A DNA stretch of 64,000 nt from an uncultured delta proteobacterium (GTDB taxonomy: Bacteria > Myxococcota > Myxococcia > Myxococcales > Anaeromyxobacteraceae): the NCBI GenBank assembly GCA_963814585.1, contig CAWFDF010000008.1:128001-192000 (forward strand), read 5' to 3'. Both the position numbers and the translations under genes were made by a program. This document shows, piece by piece, positions 37,609 through 47,424 of the stretch. Every line of letters starts with the position of its first letter. The stretch's first letter is position 1. Below the pieces are notes generated by a model. That model was not told the origin of the DNA. It ran no database searches and saw only the letters and a program-made list of their open reading frames with translations.

Positions 37609-37637
37609 AAGCTACTTGCAGCGCCCTGGGGTGTCAA
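37609..37637 (-). promoter_or_regulatory. Sigma70-type promoter of gap-pgk-tpiA-secG
   Basis: TTGACA-17 nt-TAGCTT on the minus strand. Confidence 0.65.
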
Positions 37638-37745
37638 CGTCGACTCCGGGCGCTTCCGGGGTCCCAAGAAGGAGGACGGCGCCCAGGGGGGCGCCGTCCC
37701 GTTGCTGGTGCCACTGGCCTCGGAGTCGAGTCGCGACCGGACGAC

Positions 37746-37958
37746 CTACAGCGCCGCCCGCCACCCCTCGCTCGGCGGCGCGTCGACGGCCGTGAGGTGC
37801 GGCTCCTGACCCGACTTGAGGTCCTTGGTGACGAGATCGATCAGCTCGGTCGAGAGCCCCAGGATCTGGTTCGGCGTGTAGCCACTGCCGCGCAGCTCCT
37901 TGAAGAGCGTCTTGGCGAGGATCTGTGTTCCCTTGGCGTCGAGCTTGGCGGGTATCAT
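37746..37958 (-). CDS. Small hypothetical helical protein (70 aa)
   Basis: MIPAKLDAKGTQILAKTLFKELRGSGYTPNQILGLSTELIDLV; GGAG RBS; typical codon usage. Confidence 0.7.
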   Translation of the reverse strand: MIPAKLDAKGTQILAKTLFKELRGSGYTPNQILGLSTELIDLVTKDLKSGQEPHLTAVDAPPSEGWRAAL

Positions 37959-38196
37959 GGGGTCTCCAGAGCGCGCGAGCAGCCGCGGTGGGTGCGACGA
38001 CAGGCACCAAAGCAAGCTGCGGACCAATCGGGGCATGGACGCGTTCGGGCCTGATATCGATGGGTTGCCGATCGGGGCGGGTCCCCTGTAGGCTGCTCGG
38101 TGCGTAGGTGCTTACGCGAAACGCCCGTTGTGCCGTGTTCATGGTGCGTACCGGGCTTCACGCCTCCCCGACCTCCCGCTGCCCGTGAACCACGCG

Positions 38197-39789
38197 ATGC
38201 GCTACCGGATCCAGAACCTCCCCCACTGGCTCGACGAGGACGACGAGGTCCTGCTGCGGCGGGCCGCCGAGCGGCTCTCGCTCCAGCCCTCCGACCTGCG
38301 CGACGTGGTGGTGCTGCGCCGCTCGCTCGACGCGCGGAAGAAGGGGCACGCCCGCTGGCTGGTGAGCCTCGAGGTGTCGCTGGAGGGCCCGCTCGCCTCG
38401 CCTCCCGCCGAGGTGCTGCCCGTCCCGGCCTCGGCGCCGCCGCCCACGCCCGTCCGGCCCCCGGCCGCCCGCCCCGTCATCCTGGGCGCCGGACCGGCCG
38501 GCCTCTTCTGTGCCTGGGGCCTGCTGGAGCGCGGGGTCCCCTCGATCGTCGTCGACCGGGGCCGGACCGTCGGCCCGCGCCGGCGCGACGTGGCCGCGCT
38601 GATGCGCGACGGCTCGCTCGACCCCGAGTCGAACATGAACTTCGGCGAGGGGGGCGCCGGGGCCTACACCGACGGGAAGCTCGGCACCGGCATCCACCAC
38701 CCCGCGGTCCGGACCGTGGTCGAGCTCTTCGCCCGGTTCGGCGGCGTGACCCGGATCCTCGCCGAGGGGAAGCCCCACGTGGGCTCCGACGTGCTGCCCT
38801 CCGCCATCTCGGCCATGGTGGAGGAGCTGACCCGGGGTGGCTGCGAGTTCCACTGGGGCGCGCGCGCCGTCGACATCGAGCTGCGCGGGGGGCGCTTCAG
38901 CGGGGTGCGCCTCGCCGACGGCCGGACGCTCGAGTCGGACCGGCTGGTGCTCGCTCCCGGCAACTCGGCGCGCGAGCTCTTCGAGCTCTTCGCCGCGCGA
39001 GGCTGGCCCATCGAGGCCAAGCCCTTCGCGGCCGGCTTCCGCGCCGAGCACCCGCAGCCGCTCATCGACTCGATCCAGTACGGCAGCGCCAGCCGCCACC
39101 CTCGCCTCCCCCCGGCCGACTACAAGCTGGCCGACAACCCCAGGCTGGGAGGCGCGCCGCGCGGCGTCTTCTCCTTCTGCATGTGCCCCGGCGGCGTGGT
39201 GGTGCCGACCCCCACCGAGCCGGAGATGCAGTGCACCAACGGCATGTCCAACTCCCGGCGCTCCTCCCCGCTCGCCAACGCCGGCATCGTGGTGGCGGTC
39301 TCGCCCGGCGACTTCGCCGCCGAGGGCTTCACCGGTCCGCTGGCGGGGCTGGCGTGGCAGCGGAAGTGGGAGCGGGCCGCCTACCGGCTCGGTGGCGGCG
39401 GGTTCCGGGCGCCGGCGCAGCGGCTCTCCGCCTGGCTGGCCGGCAGGCCGGGCGCGGCGCCGGGGCGCTCGAGCTACCGGCCCGGGCTGACCCACGCCGA
39501 CCTCGAGCCGCTCTACCCGGCCGCCGTGAAGGAGGCCCTGCGCGCCGGCCTGCGCGCCTTCGACAGGCGGATGCGCGGCTTCGTCACCGACGAGGCGGTG
39601 CTGATCGGCGTGGAGACCAGGACCAGCGCTCCCTGCCGGCTGCTGCGAGGCGCCGACCTGCAGTCGCCATCCTTGCGTGGCGTCTACCCGTGCGGCGAGG
39701 GGGCCGGTTACGCGGGCGGCATCGTGTCGTCGGCGGTGGACGGGATCAGGGTGGCCGAGGCCATCGCGGCCGAGCTGGGGCCGGCGTGA
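38197..39789 (+). CDS. NAD(P)/FAD-dependent oxidoreductase (uncharacterised FAD-dependent protein)
   Basis: GAGPAG, FGEGGAGAYTDGKL, SFCMCPGG, GEGAGYAGGIVSSA. Confidence 0.88.
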   Translation: MRYRIQNLPHWLDEDDEVLLRRAAERLSLQPSDLRDVVVLRRSLDARKKGHARWLVSLEVSLEGPLASPPAEVLPVPASAPPPTPVRPPAARPVILGAGPAGLFCAWGLLERGVPSIVVDRGRTVGPRRRDVAALMRDGSLDPESNMNFGEGGAGAYTDGKLGTGIHHPAVRTVVELFARFGGVTRILAEGKPHVGSDVLPSAISAMVEELTRGGCEFHWGARAVDIELRGGRFSGVRLADGRTLESDRLVLAPGNSARELFELFAARGWPIEAKPFAAGFRAEHPQPLIDSIQYGSASRHPRLPPADYKLADNPRLGGAPRGVFSFCMCPGGVVVPTPTEPEMQCTNGMSNSRRSSPLANAGIVVAVSPGDFAAEGFTGPLAGLAWQRKWERAAYRLGGGGFRAPAQRLSAWLAGRPGAAPGRSSYRPGLTHADLEPLYPAAVKEALRAGLRAFDRRMRGFVTDEAVLIGVETRTSAPCRLLRGADLQSPSLRGVYPCGEGAGYAGGIVSSAVDGIRVAEAIAAELGPA

Positions 39790-39797
39790 GGGGAGGC

Positions 39798-40061
39798 ATG
39801 CGCTACCAGGTCCGCGACAGCCAGGGGCGCGAGCTGACGGTGCCGTCGCTCGACGACCTGCACGCGCTCTACGATCAGGGCTTCCTCGACGACGAGGACC
39901 TGGTCCGGCAGGAGCGGGGCGAGCGCTGGGTGAAGGCCGGCGCCATGCCGGCCCTGGCGGGAGCCCGTCACCGGAGGGCCGGGCCCCGCTGGATCCTGGT
40001 GGTCCTGGCGGCCGCGGTGGCCCTGGCGGCGGCGATCGGCCTGATGCTGGCGGGCCGGTAG
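39798..40061 (+). CDS. Small membrane-anchored hypothetical protein
   Basis: 87 aa, GGAGG RBS, C-terminal TM helix. Confidence 0.6.
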   Translation: MRYQVRDSQGRELTVPSLDDLHALYDQGFLDDEDLVRQERGERWVKAGAMPALAGARHRRAGPRWILVVLAAAVALAAAIGLMLAGR

Positions 40062-40083
40062 CGGCCCGGGCGGGGGAGCGATC

Positions 40084-40437
40084 TCAGCGGCCGTAGTCGT
40101 CCTGCACCCGGACCACGTCCTCGACCTCGGGCGTGGAGACCTCCCAGACGTCGACGTCGGTGATGGCGCGCATCCGGTGGACCGTGCCCGGTCGGACCCG
40201 GTAGCTCTGGCCGACCTGCATGGGGTGGTCGACCAGCCGGCCGCCCTCCTGGAGCACCAGCACCATCTGGCCGGCGGCGAGGTGGATCGTCTCGTCCTTC
40301 TTCACGTGGTACTGGAGCGAGAGCTGGAAGCCGGCCTTCACGTGGAGCAGCTTGCCCACGTACTTCTCCGACTGGGCCCACCAGAGCTCGTGGCCCCATG
40401 GCTTCTCGACGCGCTTCGGCACCTCGAACGGGCTCAT
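40084..40437 (-). CDS. Cupin (mannose-6-phosphate isomerase type II-like) protein
   Basis: VEKPWG, LSLQYH..KDET, EVSTPE, DVVRVQDDYGR. Confidence 0.88.
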   Translation of the reverse strand: MSPFEVPKRVEKPWGHELWWAQSEKYVGKLLHVKAGFQLSLQYHVKKDETIHLAAGQMVLVLQEGGRLVDHPMQVGQSYRVRPGTVHRMRAITDVDVWEVSTPEVEDVVRVQDDYGR

Positions 40438-40448
40438 GGCGGCCGACT

Positions 40449-41075
40449 CTACCTGGGGCGGATGGTGACGACCATCCCCTTGGCGCTGGTGCGGCCGGCC
40501 AGGGTCCTGAGCAGCTTCTCCGCCTCGGCGCGGGTCTCCAGCGAGCCGACCCGGACCCGGTAGACGCGCCCCTTGCCGGTCACCTCGGCGGACTCCACGC
40601 GCGGGTCGAACTCATGCAGCTTGCCGGCCAGCTTGTCGGCCTCGGCCCGGCTGGTGGTGGAGACCAGCTGCACGGCGAAGCTGCCGGCGGTGGGCGCCGG
40701 GGTGGGCGCGGCCGCTGGCGGGGCGGCGGCCGGCGTGGCCGGCGGCGCCACGGTGGACGGGGGAGGCGAGGCAGGCGCGATCCTGGCGGGCGGGTCCTCG
40801 GCGGGCGGCGGGCGGTCCCGGGTGAGCCGGTCGTGGAAGGTGAGGGCCTCGTCGGAGATCGGCCCGGCGGGCGACGGGGGCGGCCGATCCAGCGCCGCCA
40901 GCGCGTCGCCGCGAGTCGCCTCGATCTGCTTCACCGCCAGCTGCCGGCCCAGGTTGAGGCCGAGCACGAAGATCACGCCGAGGAGCACCAGCGCCCCGAC
41001 CACGATCGACGCGATCTGGCGGCCGTCGAGCGCCAGCTCGATCCGCTCCTTCACCCTCACGTTCCCGACGTCCAT
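40449..41075 (-). CDS. SPOR-domain cell division protein (FtsN/DedD-like)
   Basis: TM helix, Pro/Ala linker, FAVQLVS...YRVRVG; downstream of argS. Confidence 0.85.
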   Translation of the reverse strand: MDVGNVRVKERIELALDGRQIASIVVGALVLLGVIFVLGLNLGRQLAVKQIEATRGDALAALDRPPPSPAGPISDEALTFHDRLTRDRPPPAEDPPARIAPASPPPSTVAPPATPAAAPPAAAPTPAPTAGSFAVQLVSTTSRAEADKLAGKLHEFDPRVESAEVTGKGRVYRVRVGSLETRAEAEKLLRTLAGRTSAKGMVVTIRPR

Positions 41076-41133
41076 GGCCACCCGCCTGCCGGTCGCGGGC
41101 CCCTCGCCCGCGCCACCGACGCTGGCGGCGAGT

Positions 41134-42939
41134 CTAGGCCTCGGCGCCGATATCGCCAGTTTCCGGAAGCTCCATCCGCTCGGGCGCCGAGACCCCCAGC
41201 ACCGCGAGCCCGTTGGCCAGCACCTGCGCCAGGCCCCGGCAGAGGAAGAGGCGCGCCCGGGTGCGTGCCGGATCGCTCCCCAGCACCCGCTCGCCCGTCC
41301 GCTTCCCCTGCGTGTACCAGGAGTGGAAGGCCGCGATGGTCTCCTGCAGGTAGAAGACCACCCGGTGGGGCTCGAAGGCGGACGCCGCGCCGGCCAGCAT
41401 GTCGGGGAAGGCGGCGATGCGGCGGACCAGGTCGAGCTCCTCGGGTACGGTGAGCATCCGCGCCTCGTCCAGATCGAAGGCCGGCAGGTCCACGCCGCTC
41501 TCGGCCGCCTTGCGGAAGATGGCGTGGAGGCGGGCGTGGCCGTACTGGACGTAGAAGACCGGGTTGTCCAGGGTCTGCCTCTTGGCCAGCTCGAGGTCGA
41601 AGTCGAGCGGCGCATCGGAGCGGCGGGTCAGGAAGATGTAGCGGGTGGCGTCGCAGCCCACCTCGTCGACCACCTCGCGCAGCCAGACCACGTTGCCGGA
41701 CCGCTTCCCCATCTTCACGGCCTCGCCGCCGCGGGTCAGGTTGACCATCTGGATGAGGACCACGTGCAGGTCGTCGCGCGAGTGGCCCAGCGCCTCCAGG
41801 GCGGCCTTGAGCCGGGGCACGTAGCCGCCGTGGTCGGCGCCCAGCACGTCGACGAGCAGGTCGGCCCGCTGCCGCTTCTCCCAGTGGTAGGCGATGTCGG
41901 CGCAGAAGTAGGTGGGCGTGCCGTCGGCCTTCTTGACCGGGCGATCCACCTCGTCGCCGTAGCTCGACGACCGGAAGAGCGTGAGCAGGTCGGTGGCGGC
42001 GATCCCCTCCTCGTCCGGCCCGGCCGGCGCCGGCGGGGGCGCCGCCTCGCCCTTCCTCGACTTGGGAGGCGGGAGCTGGCCCTGGTAGACGAGGTCGCGG
42101 GCCTCCAGGTCCTTGACGAACCGCTCCACCGTCCCCGACTCGTAGAGCGCCTTCTCCGAGGTCCAGCGGTCGAACTGGATCTGGATGGCCCCCAGGTCGC
42201 CGCGGATCATGCCGAGCACGTGCTGGACGGCCCGGTCCCTGAAGAGCGCCAGCCACTCCGCCTCGGGCGCGTCGAGGTAGCGCGTGCCGAGCTCGCCCGC
42301 CAGCCCGGCGGCGATCTCCCGCACGTACTCGCCCGGGTAGGCCTTGGCCGGGAACTCGACGGTGCGCCCCAGCGCCTCCTGGTAGCGGAGGTGGACCGAG
42401 CGGGCCAGCGTCTGGACCTGGGCCCCGTAGTCGTTGACGTAGTACTCGCGGGTCACGTCGTAGCCGGCCCAGCGGAGCAGGCTCTGCACGCCGTCGCCGG
42501 TGACGGCGTTGCGGCCGTGGCCGACGTGCATGGGACCGGTGGGATTGGCCGAGACGTACTCGACGATGACCTTCTTCCCCTGCCCGGCCGTGGTGCGGCC
42601 GTACCGATCACCCGCCGTCACGGCCCGCTCCAGCGCGCGCAGCCAGAGATCCGGGTTCAGCCGGAGGTTGATGAACCCCGGCCCCGCCACCTCGAGCGAG
42701 GCGAGGTCGCCGGCGGCGTCCACCTCGCGGAGGGCCCCGATGATGGCGTCGGCCAGCTGCCGGGGCGGCTGGCCGGCTCGCCGGGCCAGCACCATGGCGG
42801 CGTTGACGGCGAAGTCCCCGTGCCTGGGGTCCCGGGGCGCGTCGACGCTGAAGCCGACGTCGCCCTCCGGCCACTTCCCCTCGGCGGCGCCGCGGGCCAG
42901 CGCGGCGCGGACCAGCTCGATGACGCGTTCACGGACCAT
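41134..42939 (-). CDS. argS: Arginine--tRNA ligase
   Basis: HGDFAVN, AGPGFIN, EYVSANPTGPMHVGHGR, KMGKRSG, LGVSAPERM. Confidence 0.98.
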   Translation of the reverse strand: MVRERVIELVRAALARGAAEGKWPEGDVGFSVDAPRDPRHGDFAVNAAMVLARRAGQPPRQLADAIIGALREVDAAGDLASLEVAGPGFINLRLNPDLWLRALERAVTAGDRYGRTTAGQGKKVIVEYVSANPTGPMHVGHGRNAVTGDGVQSLLRWAGYDVTREYYVNDYGAQVQTLARSVHLRYQEALGRTVEFPAKAYPGEYVREIAAGLAGELGTRYLDAPEAEWLALFRDRAVQHVLGMIRGDLGAIQIQFDRWTSEKALYESGTVERFVKDLEARDLVYQGQLPPPKSRKGEAAPPPAPAGPDEEGIAATDLLTLFRSSSYGDEVDRPVKKADGTPTYFCADIAYHWEKRQRADLLVDVLGADHGGYVPRLKAALEALGHSRDDLHVVLIQMVNLTRGGEAVKMGKRSGNVVWLREVVDEVGCDATRYIFLTRRSDAPLDFDLELAKRQTLDNPVFYVQYGHARLHAIFRKAAESGVDLPAFDLDEARMLTVPEELDLVRRIAAFPDMLAGAASAFEPHRVVFYLQETIAAFHSWYTQGKRTGERVLGSDPARTRARLFLCRGLAQVLANGLAVLGVSAPERMELPETGDIGAEA

Positions 42940-43050
42940 GAAGCGCCCGGTTCTACCGGCTGGCTGCCCGGGGCCGCAAGCGCCGGCCGTCGGGATGGTG
43001 CCGGCCGAGGAAAAATGGACGGGACCTGCTCCCCCGGTAGCATCGCGCCG

Positions 43051-43659
43051 ATGGCCTCGCCCCGGATCCTCCTCCTGGTCACCGCCGCGCTCACCGGCGC
43101 CTGCGCCGCCGCGCCACCCCGGCCGGTCTCCCCCGCCAGCGCGGCCGCCACGGCCGGGCCTCCGGCCCCGGTCCGACCCGCCGATCCGGCCGCGGCCCGC
43201 CGTGCGGTCGAGACCGCCCGTTCCCTGGCCGGCCGCAAGGAGATCGTGGTGGGCGGCGTCAGCTTCGGCGACGGCTGCGCGGCCCTGGTCCGGGCCGCCT
43301 ACCAGCAGGCCGGCCGGCAGCTGCCCGCCAGCGCCGCCGACGTGCCGTCGCTCCACGCGCTGGCCAGGGCCGGAGGCCTGCTCCGCCGCGCCCGCCCGGC
43401 CCCCGGCGACCTGGTCTTCCTCTCCGACCGGCCCGGCGGCCAGGCCGAGCACGTCGGCCTGGTGGAGAAGGTCGGCACGGGTGGAACGGTCACCCTGCTG
43501 CACCGGACCGGACGCGGCGTGGCCCGGGTGCGCGTCAACGCCGGCCAGCCGTGGAAGGCTCGCGGCGACGACGGACAGATCCTCAACGACGTGCTGGTGG
43601 TCGGCGGCGGTCGGGTCTCGGCCGGCCGGCTGCTGGTCGCCTACGCCACGCTGCTCTGA
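43051..43659 (+). CDS. CHAP/NlpC-P60-like lipoprotein
   Basis: Lipobox LTGAC, GCAALV, PAPGDLVF, HVGLVE. Confidence 0.8.
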   Translation: MASPRILLLVTAALTGACAAAPPRPVSPASAAATAGPPAPVRPADPAAARRAVETARSLAGRKEIVVGGVSFGDGCAALVRAAYQQAGRQLPASAADVPSLHALARAGGLLRRARPAPGDLVFLSDRPGGQAEHVGLVEKVGTGGTVTLLHRTGRGVARVRVNAGQPWKARGDDGQILNDVLVVGGGRVSAGRLLVAYATLL

Positions 43660-43675
43660 TCGGCCCCGGGCTCCG

Positions 43676-45214
43676 TCATCCCGCCGACGGGTCGAACGGC
43701 GAGACCGGCGCGGGCGGAGGCTCCCTCTTCGGAGGCGGCTCCGGCCTCGGCGGCGCCGGTTCCGTCGTCGGCTCCGTCGTCGGTGACGGCGCCTCCAGCG
43801 CTGGGGGCGCGACGGGCGGCGCTGGCGCCGCTCCAGGAGCCGGAGCCCCCGGCGGGCTCGCGCTCGCGTCCGGTGCGACCGCCGCCGGGGCCTGCACGGC
43901 GTTGGTCGCCGCCGGGGCCAAGTGCGGCACGGCCGGTCGTGCCGTCCAGGCGGGTCGCTCGGGCGGGGGCGGTGGGGCCGGGACCGGTGCCGCCACCGGA
44001 GTCGTGGCCAGCTGGGCGCGCAGGCGCTGGGCCCGCTCATGGTGGGGATTGGCGGCCAGAAGGAGGCCGACGGTCGAGATGGCCTCTTCGCGGCGGCCGG
44101 CCGAGACCTGGGCGCGGGCCAGCACGAAGCGGGCCCGGATCAGCGCCGGATGGGCTGCGGCGAGCGCCACCAGCCGCGGGATGGCCCGGTCCCGCGCCGC
44201 GCCGTCCTGCCGCACGGCGAGCCAGAGCTCGGCCAGGTCGGCCCAGGGATCCGGCCCGGCCTGGCGAAGCCGCGCCGCGGCCGCCTCGACGGCCATCGCG
44301 TTGGAGTCGAGCACCGCGAGCACCGCCTGGCCTCGCGCGGCGGCCCCTTCCTTCGGCGAGGCGGCCACCGCCTCCAGCTCCTCCGCGGCACGGCGCCGGA
44401 GCGCCTCGAGCCTCTGGCGCCGGGGCGCGAGCTCCACCTCGCCCCGCGTGATCTCCATGGCCAGGGCCCGCAGCGCGTCGCCCGCCCCCGGCGGCTGCTC
44501 GCGCTCCAGCCTGGCCTTCTCGGCCGACGCCGCGGCCAGGCGCTCGACGAGCGGCTCGATCTCCTCGGCGTGGGCGGTGGCGAGCAGCGCCCGGGCCAGG
44601 CCCCGATCGCCGTCGGCGTCGCGGGTGGCGCGGTCACCCTGCTGGATGGCGTCCAGCAGGTCCAGCGCGCGGGCCAGGCTGGCGGCGTCGTCCTGCGCGA
44701 TCAGGGCCATCGCCTGGGCCCGCTGCCGCTGGACCTCGGGGTCCGGGAGCCGCCTCCAGGCCGACCAGGCGAGGTAGGCCGCCCCCAGCAGCACCACGGC
44801 GGCCAGCGGCACGATCGCCAGCTTCCACCGGGCCAGGCTCCGCAGGCGGGCATCCATGGCCGAGACCGCATCGCGCGGCGGAGCGCCCGGGCGGCTCGCG
44901 CCGCTGCCAGGGGGACGGCCACGGGCCGGTGGCGTGGCGGAGGGCCGCGGCTTGGGGGGCCGGTAGATGTTGGGGCCGGCCTGAGCGGCGCGTGGCGGCG
45001 GTTCGGAGGGCCTGGCGAAGATCGGCGGGACGGCGGAGGGGGGCTCGGACCGCGCCGGGGGCGGTGGCGCGCCCTGGGGCGCGGCGCCCGGCCTGGGCCG
45101 AGCCACGGTGAAGACCGCCTGGCACCTGGCGCACTGGACCGGCGACCCCTCCGGAGCCAGGAGCGCCTCGTCCAGTTCGTAGAGCGTCGAGCAGCGCTCG
45201 CAACGGATGATCAA
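43676..45214 (-). CDS. MJ0042-type zinc-ribbon membrane protein with TPR-like region
   Basis: IRCERCSTLYEL...VQCARCQAVF, Pro-rich linker, TM helix, helical repeats. TTG start inferred. Confidence 0.75.
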   Translation of the reverse strand: MIIRCERCSTLYELDEALLAPEGSPVQCARCQAVFTVARPRPGAAPQGAPPPPARSEPPSAVPPIFARPSEPPPRAAQAGPNIYRPPKPRPSATPPARGRPPGSGASRPGAPPRDAVSAMDARLRSLARWKLAIVPLAAVVLLGAAYLAWSAWRRLPDPEVQRQRAQAMALIAQDDAASLARALDLLDAIQQGDRATRDADGDRGLARALLATAHAEEIEPLVERLAAASAEKARLEREQPPGAGDALRALAMEITRGEVELAPRRQRLEALRRRAAEELEAVAASPKEGAAARGQAVLAVLDSNAMAVEAAAARLRQAGPDPWADLAELWLAVRQDGAARDRAIPRLVALAAAHPALIRARFVLARAQVSAGRREEAISTVGLLLAANPHHERAQRLRAQLATTPVAAPVPAPPPPPERPAWTARPAVPHLAPAATNAVQAPAAVAPDASASPPGAPAPGAAPAPPVAPPALEAPSPTTEPTTEPAPPRPEPPPKREPPPAPVSPFDPSAG

Positions 45215-45292
45215 GAAACGGCCTCCCAGCAGCGGGGAATCCCTCTTTACCCCGGGGCGGCACCGCGGCGCCATGCCGGCGCCGCGGCGGGA

Positions 45293-45697
45293 TCACGGCG
45301 GCGCCACCACCAGCGCGCCCCTCGCCTTCTCCAGCCGCTTCTCACCGATGCCGCCCACCCGGCGCAGGTCCTCGACGTGCTCGAACCGTCCGCGCGACGA
45401 CCGATCGGCCGCCACGGCGACCGCCAGCCGGCGGGAGAGGCCGGGCACGAAGGCCAGCGCCTCGGGGCGGGCGGTGTTCAGGTCGAGCGGCAGCCGAAGC
45501 AGGAGCCGCTCCTCGTCCGCCAGCGGCCGGGAGGCGGCCGTCGGCACCCGGGGGCAGGCCAGCCAGTGGTGCGGGGGCCGGCCCGCCGGCGTGGGCTGGC
45601 ATCCCGGCGGTCGGGGCGCCGGGCGGAGCCAGCGCCGGGCCGGCGCAGCCAGGAGCAAGGGGACGAGGGCGATGACGAGCGCGAGCCGCCGGGCCAT
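45293..45697 (-). CDS. ComEA-like helix-hairpin-helix DNA-binding protein
   Basis: LDLNTA..EAL..VPGL..RGRF..VEDLRRVGGIGEK. Confidence 0.8.
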   Translation of the reverse strand: MARRLALVIALVPLLLAAPARRWLRPAPRPPGCQPTPAGRPPHHWLACPRVPTAASRPLADEERLLLRLPLDLNTARPEALAFVPGLSRRLAVAVAADRSSRGRFEHVEDLRRVGGIGEKRLEKARGALVVAPP

Positions 45698-45824
45698 GCG
45701 CTGCCAAGGAGCAAGAACCGGGCGAGCCCGGGTGCGCTCACCTGGCGGTGGCCACCGGGCCGGAAACGTGGTTACTTCTTGCCCCCAAAAGCGACCATTC
45801 CCCGCCCGGAACGGAGGCCAGTCC

Positions 45825-47216
45825 ATGATCACCGTCGAGAAGATCGGCGGCACCTCGATGTCGCACTTCGAGGACGTCATCAAGAACATCATGCTGCGGG
45901 ACCCGAAGCACGTCTTCGGCCGGGTCTACGTGGTCTCGGCCTACGCCGGGGTGACCAACCAGCTGCTCGAGCACAAGAAGACCGGCGAGCAGGGCGTGTA
46001 CGCCAGGTTCGCGGCCGGCGGCGACTACGCCGGCGCGCTGGACGCCCTCACCGGCAAGCTGAAGGAGATCAACCGGGGGCTGGCGGCGATCGGCCTGCCG
46101 CTGGCCGTGGCCGACGGCTTCATCTCGCAGCGCATGTCGGTGCTCAAGGAGTACCTGGACTCGATGCGCCACGTGCTGGCCTCGGGCTACCTGAAGCGCG
46201 AGAACGTGCTGCTGGCCGGGCGGGAGATGCTGGCCGCCATCGGCGAGGCCCACTCCGCCTTCAACAGCGTGGAGATCCTGAAGGCCAAGGGCATCCCGGC
46301 GCTCCTGCTCGACCTCTCCGGCTTCGACGACGACGAGCCGCTCACCATCGACGAGCGGATCCACGAGTCGTTCAAGGGCGTGGACCTGGCGCGCCAGGTG
46401 GTGGTGGTGACCGGCTACACCAAGGGCGTCGAGGGGATCATGCGGGAGTTCGACCGCGGCTACTCCGAGGTCACCTTCAGCAAGGTGGCGGTGGAGCTCA
46501 AGGCCGACGAGGCGGTCATCCACAAGGAGTTCCACCTCTCCTCGGCCGACCCGGAGATCGTGGGCGCCGGCAACACCGTGGTGGTCGGCAACACCAACTA
46601 CGACGTGGCCGACCAGCTGGCCGACGTGGGCATGGAGGCCATCCACCCCAAGGCCGCCAAGCCCATGGAGCTGGCCAGCATCTCCATCCGCCTCAAGAAC
46701 ACCTTCGAGCCGGACCACCCGGGCACGCTCATCACCAAGGACTACGTGGGCAAGCAGGCCCGCATCGAGGTCATCGCCGGCACGCCCAAGGTGACCATCG
46801 TCGAGATCCACGACCCCAGCATGGTGGGCACGGTGGGCTTCGACCTCGGCCTCATGCAGATCTTCCAGCGCCACGGCGTCTCGTACATCCTCAAGGCCAC
46901 CAACGCCAACTCGATCACCCACGTGGTCTGGGAGAAGTCGGCGACGCCGAGCTTCGTCGAGGAGCTGGAGAACACCTACGAGGTGGTCTCGGTGGTGCCG
47001 GCGGCGGTGGTCTGCGTCATCGGCTCCAACATCGCCATCCCCGGCGTGCTGGCGCGGGCGGCCCAGGTGCTGGCCGACGGGAAGATCAACGTCAACTGCG
47101 TGTCGCAGTCGCTGCGGCAGATCAACATGCAGTTCGTCATCGACCGGGCCGACTACAAGAAGGCCATCGCGGCGCTCAACAAGGCGCTCTGCCTGGAGCC
47201 GATCCGGGCGGCCTGA
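45825..47216 (+). CDS. Aspartate kinase (Ask_Ect-like subgroup)
   Basis: MITVEKIGGTSM, VVSA, FDRGYSEVTF, LSSADP, GMEAIHP, ACT domains; GGAGG RBS. Confidence 0.9.
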   Translation: MITVEKIGGTSMSHFEDVIKNIMLRDPKHVFGRVYVVSAYAGVTNQLLEHKKTGEQGVYARFAAGGDYAGALDALTGKLKEINRGLAAIGLPLAVADGFISQRMSVLKEYLDSMRHVLASGYLKRENVLLAGREMLAAIGEAHSAFNSVEILKAKGIPALLLDLSGFDDDEPLTIDERIHESFKGVDLARQVVVVTGYTKGVEGIMREFDRGYSEVTFSKVAVELKADEAVIHKEFHLSSADPEIVGAGNTVVVGNTNYDVADQLADVGMEAIHPKAAKPMELASISIRLKNTFEPDHPGTLITKDYVGKQARIEVIAGTPKVTIVEIHDPSMVGTVGFDLGLMQIFQRHGVSYILKATNANSITHVVWEKSATPSFVEELENTYEVVSVVPAAVVCVIGSNIAIPGVLARAAQVLADGKINVNCVSQSLRQINMQFVIDRADYKKAIAALNKALCLEPIRAA

Positions 47217-47345
47217 GCGCGGACCGGCGGCCGGGGAGACCGTGAGACGGGGCGACCGGCCGGGGGCGACCGTGCGTCCGCGGCGCGACCGGGCGATCGG
47301 TCGCCTCCCCGGGTCGTGGTGGGCGCCACCCCTACATCCATGAAT

Positions 47346-47374
47346 TTGCAGGGTGCTTTCCGAGGTGCTAGATC
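47346..47374 (+). promoter_or_regulatory. Candidate promoter of the RiPP-like operon
   Basis: TTGCAG-17 nt-TAGATC with TGn extension, upstream of the AAGGAG RBS at about 47411. Confidence 0.4.
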
Positions 47375-47424
47375 TCACTTGACGCGGCGCAAGCAGCCCG
47401 GCGCCCGGCCAAGGAGAAGCCCCG

